Of a DNA stretch of 49,077 nt, positions 46,330 through 49,077 are shown in pieces. Location: the NCBI RefSeq assembly GCF_001194135.2, contig NC_069002.1:17968072-18017148 (forward strand), in the 5' to 3' direction. Both the position numbers and the translations under genes were made by a program. The notes under the pieces were generated by a model, which was not told where the DNA came from, searched no databases, and saw nothing but the letters and a program-made list of their open reading frames with translations. Each line of letters begins with the position of its first letter. The first letter of the stretch is position 1. The stretch is from Octopus bimaculoides. Its lineage: Eukaryota.

Positions 46330-47130
46330 AGAAGCAAACAAAGTTATCATTGATACAATATTCATTTGTTCAGACGTCTCAGGAAAGTAGTGTTTCAGAA
46401 ACTCCCTGTGGGAGCTTCCCCTAGATAATCCACCATCATATGGCTATCCCAGAGTCCCAAGTATCTTTCTTCCCTCTGTTCATTGTTTAGGTCACCAAGG
46501 TTGTCTGGGGAAACGACCTAAGTGGCTGTGTTGTTATGCATTTTGATGCTTATATCACAGCCAAGTTGACAGAAAGAAGAGAGCATGTTCTCCAATAGTT
46601 CTGAGTAGTTGTCTACTTTTGTAGGGCTGAAGAAAATTTCTTGCAGTGAACAAAGACCATTGTTCATGGAATCTTGGAAATGGCTTCCTTCTGCATCTTC
46701 ATGTTCAGCACTGGAAATGTTCTCTATAATGTAGTCAAATTTCTTCAAAGTCTTCATAAACTGTTTCCTTATACTTAGTTTGATGTGTAGTAGTGTAAAA
46801 TGAGCTTATCTCTTTCAACCAAGGTTTCTGAAATTACATTCTTTTCTGTGACAATGTTTTTTTCTTGTCACCCAGTGCTAATTTTTAAGGAATACTTGGT
46901 GTATATGCTTTGCTGACCCAGGACAAAATTCACCATCTTCAGATCAAGCATAGGTGATTGTGGTAATGTATCTTCTGTAAAAACAGGATAATTGTTTCCT
47001 GCTACTCAGTCATCTTAGTTGGATGACCAATTGGGATTACCCCTTGTTGCTTATTGTGTAGTTGTTAGAAACAAATGACGGTCATATTCTTATTAAGTGG
47101 CATGAATATACATTGAATAGGGTTTAAAAT
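46330..47130 (-). mobile_element. Chapaev-type (CMC superfamily) transposase remnant
   Basis: VIPIGH.TKM.E, DLKMVNFVLGQQS.YTKY, HIKLS.RKQFMKTL, NYSELLENMLSSF.QLGCDISIKMH, PDNLGDLNNEQ...ERYLGLWDSHMMVDY follow the Chapaev3 motif order. Confidence 0.8.
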
Positions 47131-47382
47131 CTGAAGCACTGTCCAACCCATGCCAGCATGGGTAACAGATATTAAATAATGATGTGACCAAAAAGATGTT
47201 CTCCAGCTGGCTGTTACTGTTTTAAAGAGTAACCCACGTCAACAGATCTAAATACAACTCTCCCTCTTTTCCAGTCCTGAGGATTTTGGAAATATGGCAA
47301 TTCATTGATCAGTAATGAGTGTCTTTATTAGCAGCAGAGGAAGTTCTGAAAGCAGAGTTGCTAGAATAGGATGGAGAAAATT

Positions 47383-47795
47383 CTGTCACTCAGAGTGAAA
47401 GGTAGATTGTATGATGCTTGTGTACAAACCACAATGGGCTGTGAATGCAGAGGGCATGCAAAGGCTTGAAAGAAATAAAACTAGTATGCCTTGCTGGATG
47501 TGCATTGTCAGTGTACAATAAAGTGTAAATGTACTGAGAGAAAAATTGGGCAGAAGAGGTGCTAGATATAGTGTGCAAGAGTAAACACTGCACTGATATG
47601 GTTATATGTCTATGGAGGCTGGGGGCAGGTGAATAAAGAAGTGCTAATCACTAAATGTGGGGGGAACCTGTGGAAGAGGAAGACCTGGAATGAGTGGTAA
47701 AAAATTACCTTTGGATGCTAAGCCTCACAGAGATGACAAAGAACCGAGATGATTGGCAATTTGCTGTGCTTGAGAAGACCTATCCATGTAAGTAC
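47383..47795 (+). mobile_element. RTE LINE 3' ORF remnant
   Basis: LSLRVKGRLYDACV...; homologous to 9050-9460. Confidence 0.8.
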
Positions 47796-48094
47796 ACACG
47801 AGGTCCTAAAGGCATGTCGTATCTATGCCTTTGCACACAATCTATCCTTGACAAATCTCTCTCCTAAAACTTCTCTTCCTAACATTCCCCTCCTGCTACT
47901 CTTGTTCATTCACTGCATTCTAACAAGTTTACCTGTACACTTATCCTATTCAATCCTCTGTGCCACTAACATATTCAGCTCCCTGTAACTTGAGGGTATG
48001 CCCCAATGCATCATTGCCATCTCCTCTCTTTTTTTTCTGATTGGAGTAGTCATGTTTCTGCAGCAAAGACACCTGTTTTTGTCTATCATATGCA

Positions 48095-48325
48095 CCTGGT
48101 ACAAAGGCATCTTTCTCAAATACTCTCCCTTCGACTTGTCTTGCAAGTTACTTGGTGACATTGCTGGTGCCATGTAAAAAATACCCTGTACACTCTGGAT
48201 GGAGTTAGGAAGGGCAATCAGCCAGAGAAACCAGGCCAAAGCAGGCATGGGAGCCTGATGTAGTTCTCTGGCTCACCAGCACCTGTTAAGCCTTCCAAGC
48301 CATGCCAGATGGAGATGATGATGGC
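48095..48325 (+). mobile_element. SINE with RTE-type tail
   Basis: Homologous to 23140-23480; ends GATGGAGATGATGATGG. Confidence 0.65.
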
Positions 48326-48404
48326 TTGCTTGTGTCTCACTCAATGTATTACTTAATCATAAGATATCTGATGACTTTGATTAGGATTGATTGCTAAGTG
48401 AAAA

Positions 48405-48545
48405 TAGTTCAATTTCAGCACAAAACTAGCAATTTTGAAGGGAAGGAGTTAACGTACTGGTATATTATTGGCCTCGAGTGAGATTTAAATATAGAATGCA
48501 AAGAGCTTTGAGAAATGCTCTCACAATTCTGCCAGCTCACCATCT
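48405..48545 (-). mobile_element. Decayed SINE of the 30677 family
   Basis: CAATTTCAGCACAAAAC...ATTCTGCCAGCTCACC. Confidence 0.55.
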
Positions 48546-49077
48546 TGTTTCCTGTTTAATAATAGAATTCCTTTTCACAGGATCATAAATTACCAAGAGA
48601 AAAGAAAAGTCACAAATGCAAACTAATTATCAAGTCTTTAATAGAAAAATAACAAATTTTTGTATGCTTTGCATCGAACTTGAAGTGAAAACAACAGGGT
48701 TAAGGAATGGGGTCCTAAAATATAGTTTAATTTTAATACTTTTTTTTTCTTGGGTAATTATAGAGAGAGAAAGGAGTTTTATTCTTTTCAGCAGTTTTTA
48801 TTTACAGAGTAATTAAAATTTTTTGATTTTGATAAGATTTAGTGACAATCTAAATAAAACACACCAATTATTAAATAAAAACAATCTTCATTTCTGAAAG
48901 CTTTTTATAAATTTAAAATAAAAAAAAATTAAGCTCTTTTTCTTTCATTAGATTATTTTGTATATTTTCTTTTCATAAAAAATAAAATAATCAACAAAGT
49001 AACAATATTTTGATTTGGAAAACAATTTTTTTTTTTTCAACCCCAGTTTTTTCTCTCATCCATTTCAAAACCCTAGA

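Overview
AT-rich, microsatellite- and transposon-dense animal genomic DNA with three N gaps. The repeat families look like those of octopod cephalopods, so the source is probably Octopus (inference). The main gene is a complete nudC (nuclear distribution protein C, HSP90 co-chaperone) on the + strand: 10 coding exons from 24985 to 43886, all GT-AG introns, 996 nt, 331 aa. The left half holds a candidate uncharacterised minus-strand gene (517-nt coding stretch at 3955-4471 plus possible small upstream exons and a CpG-retaining region near 16-18 kb). The rest is a patchwork of decayed mobile elements: tRNA-derived SINEs, RTE and CR1 LINE fragments, Penelope-like elements (PLEs), Tc1/mariner, piggyBac, hAT, Chapaev, MITEs and LTR-like sequences. 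The most unusual observations are hammerhead-ribozyme-like cores (one in a PLE pseudo-LTR that also has a short intron, one in a foldback in nudC intron 1), a ~720-bp PLE GIY-YIG palindrome in nudC intron 9, an extra nudC intron relative to the human gene as I recall it, and inverted repeats flanking runs of phase-0 nudC exons. Exon coordinates were read directly; mobile-element boundaries are approximate and family calls rest on recognising motifs by eye, not on database searches.
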